Assembly: GCA_963745025.1 (NCBI GenBank)
Contig: CAVUWD010000016.1
Coordinates: forward strand, 960,001-1,024,000
Length of the DNA: 64,000 nucleotides
DNA from: an uncultured delta proteobacterium
GTDB lineage: Bacteria > Desulfobacterota > Binatia > JACPRU01
Reading direction: 5' to 3'
The translations under genes and the position numbers were made by a program. Below the pieces are notes generated by a model. It was not told the origin of the DNA, searched no databases, and worked only from the letters and a program-made list of their open reading frames with translations. Positions 10,397 through 19,370 of the stretch are shown piece by piece. Within the stretch, counting starts at the first letter, position 1. Each line of letters opens with the position of its first letter.

Positions 10397-11599
10397 CTAT
10401 CGTAGTAGCGTAGTGAGCAAGGCCAGGTGATCCCCGAGGTTACGCGTGATCAAGAAGTGCCAGCGGGCGAACTCGCGCGCGTCGTTGCCCATCTTGGCGG
10501 CCAGCTCGGGGTTGTTCAGCAGCGTGCGGATCCGAAACGCGCAGCCCTCGACGGAATTCACCGTGTAGCCGGTGACCTCGTAGATGAGCTGGGCGGTGAT
10601 CCCGCCGGCGAATCCACCGATCACGGGCTTCCCCTTCCACATGGCCTCGGCGACCATCAGACCAAAGCCCTCGCGGGTAGACTTCTGGATGACGATGGTC
10701 GAGGCGCGCTGGAGTGCGTTGATCTCGATCTCCGCGTTCTCGGGGAGCTGTAGAATGTGAATGTCGGGATCGCCCGCCGCAGCCTCTTCCATCTCGGCAA
10801 GGAGCCGGCGCCCCTCCTCGCCCGCTGCCGGAGCGCCCGCAAGCACCAGCCGGCAGTCGTTCTGCTTCTTGGCGATGTGGTAGGCCTCGATCACACCCAC
10901 CGGGTCCTTGAAGCGGTGGAAGCGCGAGGCCTGCAGCAAGATTGGCTTGTCCCGAGGGATTCCCAGCCGATCGAGCGTCCCGCGGATCTCGTTCTCGCTG
11001 AGCTCCCGATTCTTCTCGGACAGCGGATCGATCGATGGATACACGAGGAACTGCGGGATGGGTAGCCGCTGGGCGAATTTTGGCAGCGAAAACACCGCCG
11101 CGTCGTACTTGACCACGAACTGACGGAGCATGGCCCATGCCTTGCGCTGCGGGCGCGCGATGTCGAGGTGGCAGCGCCACACCCACTTGCCTTCCTGCGG
11201 GCGGATGTCGATCAGCGGTGCGGGCTGGTGATCGTGAATCAGCACGACGTCGGCATCGAACGAAAGCTGCTGGGCGTTCTCGCGGTTCGTGGCCACAAGC
11301 TGCTGGAGCATCTCCTCGTTGAACCGACCCTCTTCGCCCTGGAGCATGTTGTAGAAGGCCTGGCAGGCCGCCTGAAAGCCCTCCCCGCCGCGGATCACTT
11401 CCCAGCGCGCGTCGATGCCGAGCTCCTGGAGGAGCGGCGTGTGCCGTTCGAGCATCTCCGCCACGCTCGTGCCGCTCTGATTGGCATTGATGCGCAGGAA
11501 CTTTCGCGAGCGCAGCTTCTCTGCCATTCGCCGCAGGATGTCCACGGAGCCGGGGGGCGAAATGCTGCGATAGTCGTCGAGCGAGGCCGCCATTGCCAC
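10397..11599 (-). CDS. GT4 glycosyltransferase, trehalose synthase TreT-like
   Basis: HDHQP, WRCHLD, PSIDPLSEKN, QKSTREGFGL..AEAMWKGKPVIGG. Confidence 0.8.
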   Translation of the reverse strand: MAMAASLDDYRSISPPGSVDILRRMAEKLRSRKFLRINANQSGTSVAEMLERHTPLLQELGIDARWEVIRGGEGFQAACQAFYNMLQGEEGRFNEEMLQQLVATNRENAQQLSFDADVVLIHDHQPAPLIDIRPQEGKWVWRCHLDIARPQRKAWAMLRQFVVKYDAAVFSLPKFAQRLPIPQFLVYPSIDPLSEKNRELSENEIRGTLDRLGIPRDKPILLQASRFHRFKDPVGVIEAYHIAKKQNDCRLVLAGAPAAGEEGRRLLAEMEEAAAGDPDIHILQLPENAEIEINALQRASTIVIQKSTREGFGLMVAEAMWKGKPVIGGFAGGITAQLIYEVTGYTVNSVEGCAFRIRTLLNNPELAAKMGNDAREFARWHFLITRNLGDHLALLTTLLR

Positions 11600-11606
11600 T
11601 TTCGGC

Positions 11607-12281
11607 TCAGTGCCCTTCTCGCTCTGCCTGCTCGCAGAGCTTGATCAAGCGCTTGCGCACGCCTTCGAGGCTGGTCGCGTACGGGTTCACCGCGCCGACC
11701 TTGGCGGCGAGCTCCTTCAACCCGAGCCCCTCTTCGATCCAAACGACGAAGTCGTTCCGCCGCTTGCCCTTACGCGCCATCGCCGCCAGAAGGTGGAAGT
11801 AGACCGCGCTCGAGTCGACTCGCTCGAGGCCCTCGCGAAACTCGGTCAGTGTTCGCGCCTTGATTCCCGCAGGCACCGCCAGGATGCGCGACTGCATGAA
11901 GAAGAAGAGCTCGCCGTAGACCACCCGAGGTACGGACCCGACGTGAGAGAGATGATCGTCGAGAATCGTCACTAGCTCGTTGCGCAGCGCCTCGAGATCG
12001 CCCACCTCGAAAGGATCGATCACGGCCAGACGCTCGCCGAGCACGCGGTCGCGCAGCTGGATCGCCGCCCAGTTGGCGAAGTCGTTCGGATAGGGACCCG
12101 CGATATAGGGGTGGCGGAGGAAGTAGCTGTGGGTGTGGAAGTAGATGCTGTCGAGGGGGACTTCCTCCAGCCCGTCGAGGAGCTCCTGCACGTCCGCCGC
12201 CCGCCGCCCGAGCATCTCGCGTAGCTCCCAGCAGGCCATGAACTGGAACGGGTGCCTCGTTTCGCCGTTCTTGCCGCTCAA
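11607..12281 (-). CDS. DUF5752 family protein (usual TreT neighbour)
   Basis: Duplicated SIYFH...NDF.. / SAVYFH...NDF..W motif. Confidence 0.75.
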   Translation of the reverse strand: MSGKNGETRHPFQFMACWELREMLGRRAADVQELLDGLEEVPLDSIYFHTHSYFLRHPYIAGPYPNDFANWAAIQLRDRVLGERLAVIDPFEVGDLEALRNELVTILDDHLSHVGSVPRVVYGELFFFMQSRILAVPAGIKARTLTEFREGLERVDSSAVYFHLLAAMARKGKRRNDFVVWIEEGLGLKELAAKVGAVNPYATSLEGVRKRLIKLCEQAEREGH

Positions 12282-12529
12282 TGGGATCTCCAGGACACTC
12301 GGCTCGACTCGGTACTATATGCTTGGCGAAAAATCGACACTCGTTTTCAGATATTCCCGATACGTCGGAGCCGGTTTTCGTCGCTTGATCGAGACAGTCT
12401 CCGAGGAAGATTCCCCCGAAGTAAGTTCCCGGCGAGGAAAGAAGCCGGACGCGGACGTCGGCCCGGGGAGGCCAGCTTTGCCGCTGGATTCGCCTGTGGT
12501 AGGAGCCCACCACGGCGAAAGGAGTGGAA

Positions 12530-12937
12530 ATGGACTGGAGGAAGCGGTCGATCGCCATCGTTTGCCTGGCGCTGCCGCTGCTCGGCATGGGGATGCTAGG
12601 CGGTGGGGGCCCGAACGCCTTGGAGCGCAACTACGAGGGTACCTTTGTCGACCGCGATGGCACGAAGGTCGACGCCAAATGGATCAACGCAGGCGGCGAT
12701 CTCGCTCTCTCCGGAGAGCTCGGCCGGGGCGACCTGCGGATCTCCTTCGACAACATCAAATCGATCGCGTTCTCCGGAGATCCCGCCAAGAGCTTCGTAG
12801 CCAAGGTGACCCTGCGCAAGGGGGACCAGATCGAGATGAAGGTGCGGAGCTCGCTCGCCTTCTCGGGCCAGACCGAGCTCGGCCACTATCAGATCCGCGC
12901 ACGAGACCTGCAAGCGGTCGAGTTCCGCGGGCAATAG
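12530..12937 (+). CDS. Exported hypothetical protein
   Basis: AAGGAG RBS, hydrophobic N-terminus ending LLGMG, typical codon usage. Confidence 0.7.
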   Translation: MDWRKRSIAIVCLALPLLGMGMLGGGGPNALERNYEGTFVDRDGTKVDAKWINAGGDLALSGELGRGDLRISFDNIKSIAFSGDPAKSFVAKVTLRKGDQIEMKVRSSLAFSGQTELGHYQIRARDLQAVEFRGQ

Positions 12938-12966
12938 ACGAACGGCGCGCCGCCTCCAACCGACGA

Positions 12967-14313
12967 ATGCCGATCGAGCTGACGGGCACGCGGCGAGCGA
13001 CCTCAGGAATCGGGGCGCTCGTTACGGCAGTGACCCTCGCCTTCCTCTCCGCCTGCGGCATGAGCCACGCCTTCGAGCTGCGGGCGTGGCCGCTCGCGGA
13101 GCTCGAACGACACGGTGACGAAGCTCACGCCCGATTCCTCGGTCCGCTGATCGAGTGGCAGCGCGAGGGTGACAAGCGTTTCTTCGCCATCCGGCCTCTC
13201 TTCGCGATCTCACGCTCGGCTGTCGCCCCGTCTCGGGGTACGCTCCTCTACCCATTGGCATCGTGGCAGCGGTCCGCCGAGGAGCTCTCGGTTCGCTTCT
13301 TCGGCCTCGGCTCGTACGTTCGCCGCGCGTCACCGCTGGCGGAGCGTCCGTACACCCGCGAGCTGACGGTCTTCCCGCTGGTTTTCTACCACCGCGGGCC
13401 CGAGGTCGGGACATCGCTCTCGGTGATTCCCCTCTACGCGAACCTCGAGAACTTCTTCGGCTACGAGCGCGTACAGATGCTGCTGTTCCCGCTTTTTCTC
13501 AAGCTCTACGAGCCGCTCTACGAGAAGACTTGGCTCCCCTTTCCTTTCTTCTCGCGTGTCGGAGGCCGGGCCGGCGAGGGTCTCCGCATCTGGCCGATCT
13601 GGGGTCACACGGTGCTCGGTGCGGACTACGAATCTCGCTACGTCGGCTGGCCGTTCTACATCCGCGCCGTCGAGCATCCCGGTGGCGATCGCGCGGTGAC
13701 GACACGGATCTCCTGGCCGTTCTTCTCGTCGATCGACGGACCGCTCGTCCACAGTCGCTCGTACGGCTTTCTGCCGATCCTGCCTCTCTACACCGAGACG
13801 ATCGACCTGAAGACGGACACCGAAACGACGGGTTTCCCCTGGCCCTTCTGGACGGTGCAGCGCGACCGCAAGACGGGAGAGCGCCTGTCGCTGCGGCTCA
13901 CGCCGTTCTACGAGGATCGCCGGACCGCGACGATGGAATCGGCTTTCTACCTCTGGCCCTTCTACCGGCACCACAGCGGACTCGGCGAGGATGCGTCGTA
14001 TCGACGGACCGACGTTCTGTTTCTCCTCTATCGCGATCAACACGAGGGCGAAGGCCAGAACTCCCGGGATACCCTCGCGCTGGTTCCCTTGTGGGTATCT
14101 CGCGCAGATCGGGACGGAGGCGACGCACAAGGCATCACGCTGCTCGATGGCCTGTTCCCGACGAACGAGGCGCTCGAGACTCTCTACGCGCCGCTCTACC
14201 GGCTTTACGGGCAACGGAGCCGGGACGGCGCCACCGAGCGCGATCTCCTCTGGCGAATGTGGACATGGGGCGATGGCAAGCTTCGGCCGCCGTGGTATTG
14301 GTCGTTCGAATGA
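12967..14313 (+). CDS. Aromatic-repeat (WPF/FPL) putative lipoprotein or outer-membrane protein
   Basis: Lipobox LSAC; many repeated (W/F/Y)P(L/F/I) motifs; directly upstream of mlaE. Confidence 0.7.
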   Translation: MPIELTGTRRATSGIGALVTAVTLAFLSACGMSHAFELRAWPLAELERHGDEAHARFLGPLIEWQREGDKRFFAIRPLFAISRSAVAPSRGTLLYPLASWQRSAEELSVRFFGLGSYVRRASPLAERPYTRELTVFPLVFYHRGPEVGTSLSVIPLYANLENFFGYERVQMLLFPLFLKLYEPLYEKTWLPFPFFSRVGGRAGEGLRIWPIWGHTVLGADYESRYVGWPFYIRAVEHPGGDRAVTTRISWPFFSSIDGPLVHSRSYGFLPILPLYTETIDLKTDTETTGFPWPFWTVQRDRKTGERLSLRLTPFYEDRRTATMESAFYLWPFYRHHSGLGEDASYRRTDVLFLLYRDQHEGEGQNSRDTLALVPLWVSRADRDGGDAQGITLLDGLFPTNEALETLYAPLYRLYGQRSRDGATERDLLWRMWTWGDGKLRPPWYWSFE

Positions 14314-14328
14314 GGGATTGAGGGTCGG

Positions 14329-15168
14329 ATGGCCGACGTCACGCAGACGGCCGGTAGAGCGCGGCCGCGCTCTACCGGGGTAGTGGCCGCGATCGGCGGA
14401 GGCGCTCTCGACGTTCTCCAGGTGACCGGAGAATGCGTGGCGCTCCTCGTGGCCACGGTCTGGCATTGCCGGTCCGCGCCGCGCCACGTGGCGAAGATCA
14501 TCACCCAGCTGACATTGATCGGCACCGAGACGCTCGGCATCGCCTCGCTCGTCTCGCTCTTCGTCGGCATGGTCATGGTCGTCCAGGCAGCCGATCAGCT
14601 CGCGAACTACACGCAGGAAGTGCTCGGCTCGCTGGTCGGCCTCGCCATGACCAAGGAGCTCGGGCCCGTCATCATGGGCTTCATCGTCGCCGGCAAGTCG
14701 GGCTCGGCCATCGCCGCGGAAATCGCCTCGATGAAGGTCTACGACGAGATCTCGGCGCTGCGCACGATGGACATCGATCCGGTTCCCTTCCTGTCGATGC
14801 CACGCTTCCTCGCCATGACTCTGGCGCTGCCCATGCTCGTGCTCTATTCGGACGTCATCGGCATCGCCGGCGGTACCCTGGTGATCGCCTTCGATCCGAC
14901 GATTGCGATCAGCGTCTCGCAGTTCCTCGATAACCTGAGAGAGTGGCTGAACTTCACCGACATCGTCGTCGGGCTCGTCAAGGGCATGGTGTTCGGCATG
15001 CTCGTGTCGATCATCGCGTGCGCCTTCGGTTTGCGGACGACGGGAGGCTCCGAGGGCGTTGCGCGATCGACGACTTCCGCGGTCGTCTGGAGCTTCGTAT
15101 CGATCATCATCGCCGATTTCATCATCGTCCGCGTTGCCTTTCTTTTCTTTCCGGCGACGCCGAGATGA
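14329..15168 (+). CDS. mlaE: MlaE-family ABC permease
   Basis: KELGPV, GSAIAAEIASMKVYDEISALRTMDIDP, GGSEGVARSTTSAVV. Confidence 0.88.
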   Translation: MADVTQTAGRARPRSTGVVAAIGGGALDVLQVTGECVALLVATVWHCRSAPRHVAKIITQLTLIGTETLGIASLVSLFVGMVMVVQAADQLANYTQEVLGSLVGLAMTKELGPVIMGFIVAGKSGSAIAAEIASMKVYDEISALRTMDIDPVPFLSMPRFLAMTLALPMLVLYSDVIGIAGGTLVIAFDPTIAISVSQFLDNLREWLNFTDIVVGLVKGMVFGMLVSIIACAFGLRTTGGSEGVARSTTSAVVWSFVSIIIADFIIVRVAFLFFPATPR

Positions 15169-15929
15169 CCATCGCGGCCAAAGCGGCCAAAGGCGTGAGT
15201 ATCTCCATCCGCGACGTGTGGAAGTCGTACGACAGGCACGCCGTGCTGCGCGGCGTTCGGCTCGACGTCGCTGCGGGTGAGACGTTGGTCATCATCGGCG
15301 GCAGCGGCGAGGGCAAGTCCGTGCTGATCCGCCAGATCATCGGTCTCGAGCAGCCCGACCAAGGGGAGATCCGATTGAACGATCTCACCGTCGCGGCGTA
15401 CCGGGCGCTCACCATGGAGGAGAAGCCGTTTCACGTCTCGATGGTCTTCCAGGCGTCGGCCTTGCTCAACTCGCTGACCGTGGCCGACAACGTGAGCCTC
15501 GCGCTGCGCGAGCACCGCACGGCGAAGCTCGCCGAAATCCGCACGATCGTCCGCGATTGCCTCGAGCAGGTCGACCTCGAGGGCACCGAAGAGAAGATGC
15601 CGAGCGAGCTGTCGGGAGGCATGCGCAAGCGCGCGGCGATCGCGCGTGCGCTGGCCATGGACTCGGACCTGATCCTCTACGACGAGCCGACGGCCGAGCT
15701 CGACCCGCTACTCACGGAGGAGGTCGGCGCGCTGATCCGTCGCATCCAGGAGCGGCGGCGTCCGACTCAGGTCGTGGTGACACACAATCTTCCACTCGCC
15801 GGCGAGATCGCCGATCACGTGGCGGTGCTCTGCCGGGGAGAGATCGTCGACTACTGCACGGGAGAGGAGTTCTTTCACAGCCAGCATCCACACACGCGGA
15901 ACTTCCTGCGCGCGGCGCGCGTGGTGTGA
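15165..15929 (+). CDS. mlaF: MlaF/Mkl-family ABC ATPase
   Basis: GGSGEGKS, LSGGMRKR, ILYDEPT; ATGA overlap with mlaE. Confidence 0.85.
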   Translation: MTIAAKAAKGVSISIRDVWKSYDRHAVLRGVRLDVAAGETLVIIGGSGEGKSVLIRQIIGLEQPDQGEIRLNDLTVAAYRALTMEEKPFHVSMVFQASALLNSLTVADNVSLALREHRTAKLAEIRTIVRDCLEQVDLEGTEEKMPSELSGGMRKRAAIARALAMDSDLILYDEPTAELDPLLTEEVGALIRRIQERRRPTQVVVTHNLPLAGEIADHVAVLCRGEIVDYCTGEEFFHSQHPHTRNFLRAARVV

Positions 15930-15947
15930 GCCTCGAAGGAGCGAGCC

Positions 15948-16916
15948 ATGATTCTGTCCAGAGAACAGCGAGTCGGCCTCTTCTTTCTCGGCGGCATCCT
16001 GCTCTTCGTCGGCTTCATCGAGGCGACCGTCGGGACCGGCCTCTTCTCGCGGGGAACCCGCGTGTGGGCCGAGTTCGCCGACGTGCAGGGCCTGACGACC
16101 GGCGCCCAGGTCCGTGTCGCCGGCGTCAAGGCCGGCGCGGTCCGGGAGATCCGCCTCGAGCCCGACCACGTGCGGGTCGCACTCGAGCTGAAGAAGGGCA
16201 TCCAGCTGCACGAGGATGCGGTCGCCCGTCTCGACTTCCAGGCGCTGTCGGGCGCACGCTTCCTGACGATCGATCGCGGCTCACCCGACCGTAAGCTGCT
16301 TCCTCCCGACGCGACGCTGCGCAGCGAGTCTGCCGCCGGGATCTCGCAGATGGTCGACGAGCTCGACAAGGTCGGCGGCAGCCTCCGGACCCTCGCCGAC
16401 TCGCTGAACGAGAACCAGGATCGCTTGCTGAAGACCGTCAGCGAGATGCTCGACGAGAATCGGCAAGGCCTCGCGCAAACCGTGAAGAACCTCGGCGGGA
16501 TCACCGACAAGCTCAACAACGGCCAGGGGACGCTCGGGAAGCTGCTCGCCGACCCGACTCTTTACGACGAGGCGGCCGCGACACTCGCCTCGCTCCGCGA
16601 TTCGTTCGGCGATATCCGAAAAGTGACGGGTCGACTGGCCCGCGGCGAAGGACTCCTCGGCAAGCTCTTGACGGAAGACGGCATGTACGACGACCTGCGC
16701 GAGAGCGTCGCGGGGCTCCACCTCACGGTGGAGAATTTCGCCGAGGTGTCGGAGCGGGTGAAGCACGGGGAAGGTACGCTCGGGCGTCTGGTCGCGGACG
16801 ACTCGCTCTACAATTCCGCGGAGGGGGCGCTGAAGGGCGTGAGCCGCGCGACCCAGGGCCTCGAGGACCAGGCGCCGATTTCGGTGTTTGGGACGTTACT
16901 TGGGACGCTGTTCTAA
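15948..16916 (+). CDS. mlaD: MCE/MlaD family protein with long helical extension
   Basis: FADVQGL..GAQVRVAGVKAG; three G(Q/E)GTLG(K/R)L-type repeats. Confidence 0.85.
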   Translation: MILSREQRVGLFFLGGILLFVGFIEATVGTGLFSRGTRVWAEFADVQGLTTGAQVRVAGVKAGAVREIRLEPDHVRVALELKKGIQLHEDAVARLDFQALSGARFLTIDRGSPDRKLLPPDATLRSESAAGISQMVDELDKVGGSLRTLADSLNENQDRLLKTVSEMLDENRQGLAQTVKNLGGITDKLNNGQGTLGKLLADPTLYDEAAATLASLRDSFGDIRKVTGRLARGEGLLGKLLTEDGMYDDLRESVAGLHLTVENFAEVSERVKHGEGTLGRLVADDSLYNSAEGALKGVSRATQGLEDQAPISVFGTLLGTLF

Positions 16917-16989
16917 GATACCGGCTACCGGCTACCGACACAGACTTCACGGTGCCTTTCCGGTCGCCGGTAGCCGGTAGCCGGTAGCC
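16917..16989. repeat. Heptamer-arm palindrome E2
   Basis: gataccg-gctaccg-gctaccg...AGACTTC...(ggtagcc)x3, starting right after the mlaD stop. Confidence 0.75.
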
Positions 16990-17681
16990 AACAGCTTCTT
17001 CGCAGCTTCGAACACCTCGTCGAGCATCCTCTCCGTCAGCCGGCCGGTGAACGTGTTCTGCTGGCTCGGGTGGTAACAGCCGATCATTCTCCGCCCGCTT
17101 TCGAGCTCGATCACGGCGCCGTGGCCGAAGCGTGGGGTGACGCGCGGTCGCTCGCCGACCGTGCGTAATACCCGCAGGAGGTTCGTGAACGCGAAACTAC
17201 CGAGTGGGACGAACACCCGAACGCGGTCGAGGATCGCGAGCTCGGATGCGAGGTACGGCAAGCAGCGGTCGCGCTCCTCGACGGTCGGCTTGTTGTACGG
17301 AGGCGCGCAGCGGACGACGGCCGAGACGTACGCATCGGAGAGTTCGAGCCCGTCGTCGCGCGATCGAGACGTCGGCTGATTGGCGAAGCCGCCACGGTAG
17401 AGTGCCGCGTAGAGCCAGTCTCCGCTTCGGTCTCCCGTGAAGATCCGGCCGGTTCGGTTGCCGCCGTGCGCGGCGGGCGCGAGGCCGATCACCCAGAGGC
17501 GGGCCCGCGGGTCACCGAAGCCGGGCAACGGCCGCCCCCAGTAGTCCCAATCCTGAAATCGCCGCACCTTCTCGCGGGCTACGTGCTCGCGATGGGCGAC
17601 GAGTCGCGGGCAGAGCCGGCAAGCGACGATGCGATTCTGGAGAGCCTCGCGGCTCTTCGGCAGCCGGGCGACGATCGGCAT
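16947..17681 (-). CDS. Uracil-DNA glycosylase, family 5 (UdgB-like)
   Basis: CRLCPRL, GLAPAAHGGNRTGRIFTGDRSG, RCAPP, YHPSQQNT. Confidence 0.9.
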   Translation of the reverse strand: MPIVARLPKSREALQNRIVACRLCPRLVAHREHVAREKVRRFQDWDYWGRPLPGFGDPRARLWVIGLAPAAHGGNRTGRIFTGDRSGDWLYAALYRGGFANQPTSRSRDDGLELSDAYVSAVVRCAPPYNKPTVEERDRCLPYLASELAILDRVRVFVPLGSFAFTNLLRVLRTVGERPRVTPRFGHGAVIELESGRRMIGCYHPSQQNTFTGRLTERMLDEVFEAAKKLLATGYRLPATGKAP

Positions 17682-17726
17682 GGGCTTGCCATCGCTTCGA
17701 TCAAAGCGTCGGCCGCAGACGCGCCA

Positions 17727-18158
17727 TCAACGCGACGAGAGGGCGGCGACGAACCCTCCCTGGATCACCGTCTCGCCCTTCTGGTTCTTCGCGTAAAGCT
17801 CGCCCTCGATACGTTTCTCGCCGTTCGCCTCGTATTTCTTGATGACCTTGCCGCCACAGGTGATCGTATCCCCCGGCCACACTTGACTCGTGAACCGCAC
17901 CTTGAAGCGCCGCAGCCCGGAGCGACCGACGTAGTCCGAGAGGCACTTGCTGACAAAGCCTGCGCTCAGCATCCCGTGGGCGAAGACTGTTGGGTATCGT
18001 GCCGCCTCGGCGAAGGTCTGATCGTGGTGGATCGGATTGAAATCGCCCGACGCGCCGGCGTACTTGACGATGTCGGTACGAGTCAGGTTCGTCACCTCGA
18101 ATACGGGAATCTCGTCGCCTTCCTTCACGTCCTCGAAGTAGGGCTTCTTCCTCTCCAT
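17727..18158 (-). CDS. MaoC-like hot-dog dehydratase
   Basis: YAGASGDFNPIHHD, FAHGM. Confidence 0.85.
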   Translation of the reverse strand: MERKKPYFEDVKEGDEIPVFEVTNLTRTDIVKYAGASGDFNPIHHDQTFAEAARYPTVFAHGMLSAGFVSKCLSDYVGRSGLRRFKVRFTSQVWPGDTITCGGKVIKKYEANGEKRIEGELYAKNQKGETVIQGGFVAALSSR

Positions 18159-18229
18159 CGCTACACTCCTCTTCCCGGCTCGCGCCCCCTGCGCAGGGTG
18201 CCTCACCTTGAAACAGGCTGGTGGCTGTT

Positions 18230-18694
18230 TCAATCCTTCTTTTCGACCGGCTTGGCGGTTTCGATGATCGTCGAGCGTGCGTAGAGACAGACCTCGCCGC
18301 GCTGGTTCTTGTACTCGGTCTCGAGGGTGACGAGCGTCATCTCGCCTCCGCGCTTGCCGGGACGCTTCTCGACGTTGGAGATACGGCCCCGCGCGGTGAG
18401 CGTATCGCCGGCGTAGACGGGCCGCAGGTATTCAAACTCCTGCTCGCCGTGGAGCACCCGACGAAGATCGAGGCCGAGATCGATGCGGCCCTGACCCTCG
18501 TCCCAGAACGACTGAGTCATGGTGAAAGTTGGTGGCGGCATCACGCCTCCCGCCTCCTTCTTCGCGTACTGCTCATCGAAGTACACCGGGTTGTCGTCCT
18601 TGATCGCCCGCGCGAACTCGCGAATCTTTCCTAGCTCGATGTGCATCGTCACGGGCTGTCCGCTCCGCCCGATTCTCGGATCCTGTTCTTCCAT
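18230..18694 (-). CDS. MaoC N-terminal-type hot-dog protein (partner subunit)
   Basis: GKIREFARAI.D.NP, PPTF, LHGEQEFEY.RP. Confidence 0.85.
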   Translation of the reverse strand: MEEQDPRIGRSGQPVTMHIELGKIREFARAIKDDNPVYFDEQYAKKEAGGVMPPPTFTMTQSFWDEGQGRIDLGLDLRRVLHGEQEFEYLRPVYAGDTLTARGRISNVEKRPGKRGGEMTLVTLETEYKNQRGEVCLYARSTIIETAKPVEKKD

Positions 18695-18712
18695 CGCCTC
18701 CCCCTGTTTCTG

Positions 18713-18778
18713 GACTACCGGCTACAGGCTACAGGAACGGCATCGGAAGTCTTTTCCCGAAGCCCGAAGCCTGAGGCC
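18713..18778. repeat. Heptamer-arm palindrome E3
   Basis: gactacc-ggctaca-ggctaca...GAAGTCTTT...cgaagcc-cgaagcc-tgaggcc. Confidence 0.7.
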
Positions 18779-18818
18779 AACTTCCTCTTCACCATCTGCC
18801 TCGATTTCGAGCGGACCG

Positions 18819-19370
18819 CTACTTCGCCGCGGCCGATGTCGCCGCGTGCACGCCCGCGCCGTAGAGCAGATCCGCATAGTACTGCACGTTCAGGCCGACG
18901 AGGAGCACGCGCGGCGAGACGCTGGTTTGCGCGTAGATCGCCGTTTGCGACGGATTGCGGCCGCCAAGTTTCACGGTGAGCTTCTTTCCGCCGGACAGTT
19001 CGATTTCCACCTCCGGCGACGACTCGGTCAGCTCGAACGCCTGCAAATCTTCCCGCTTCGGCGCGTCGTTGATCTGCTCGGCCTCTTGCCTGTCGGTGAG
19101 ATTCTCGATCAGCGCCGAGACGAGATCGGGAGGTACCTTCGCTCCCACTGGCTGGACGATCTGCCAGCGCTTGTCTTTCCGCTCGCAACGGATCTCGAGC
19201 CCTTGGCGGCGCAGCGTCACCGCGGCGACCTCGTCGCTGTAAACGTTGAGAACCTTCTCGCGTGCCGCTCGGATTTCGGAGGGAGGCGCCGGCCGGCGCT
19301 CGAACGTCACGTAATACGCACCAAGCAGGGCCGCTGCGATCCAACACCCGAGCGTGCTGCGCCAGGTCAA
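18819..19370 (-). CDS. DUF4340 domain protein
   Basis: N-terminal TM (LLGAYYV), position at end of Gld-like operon. Confidence 0.65.
   Translation of the reverse strand: MTWRSTLGCWIAAALLGAYYVTFERRPAPPSEIRAAREKVLNVYSDEVAAVTLRRQGLEIRCERKDKRWQIVQPVGAKVPPDLVSALIENLTDRQEAEQINDAPKREDLQAFELTESSPEVEIELSGGKKLTVKLGGRNPSQTAIYAQTSVSPRVLLVGLNVQYYADLLYGAGVHAATSAAAK

Noticed and set aside
8435-10405. Long antisense and alternate-frame ORFs (e.g. 8435..10405 +, 35651..37873 +, 32074..33522 +)
   Set aside because: Shadows of real genes, expected at high GC3; Arg/Ala/Pro-rich with no recognisable motifs
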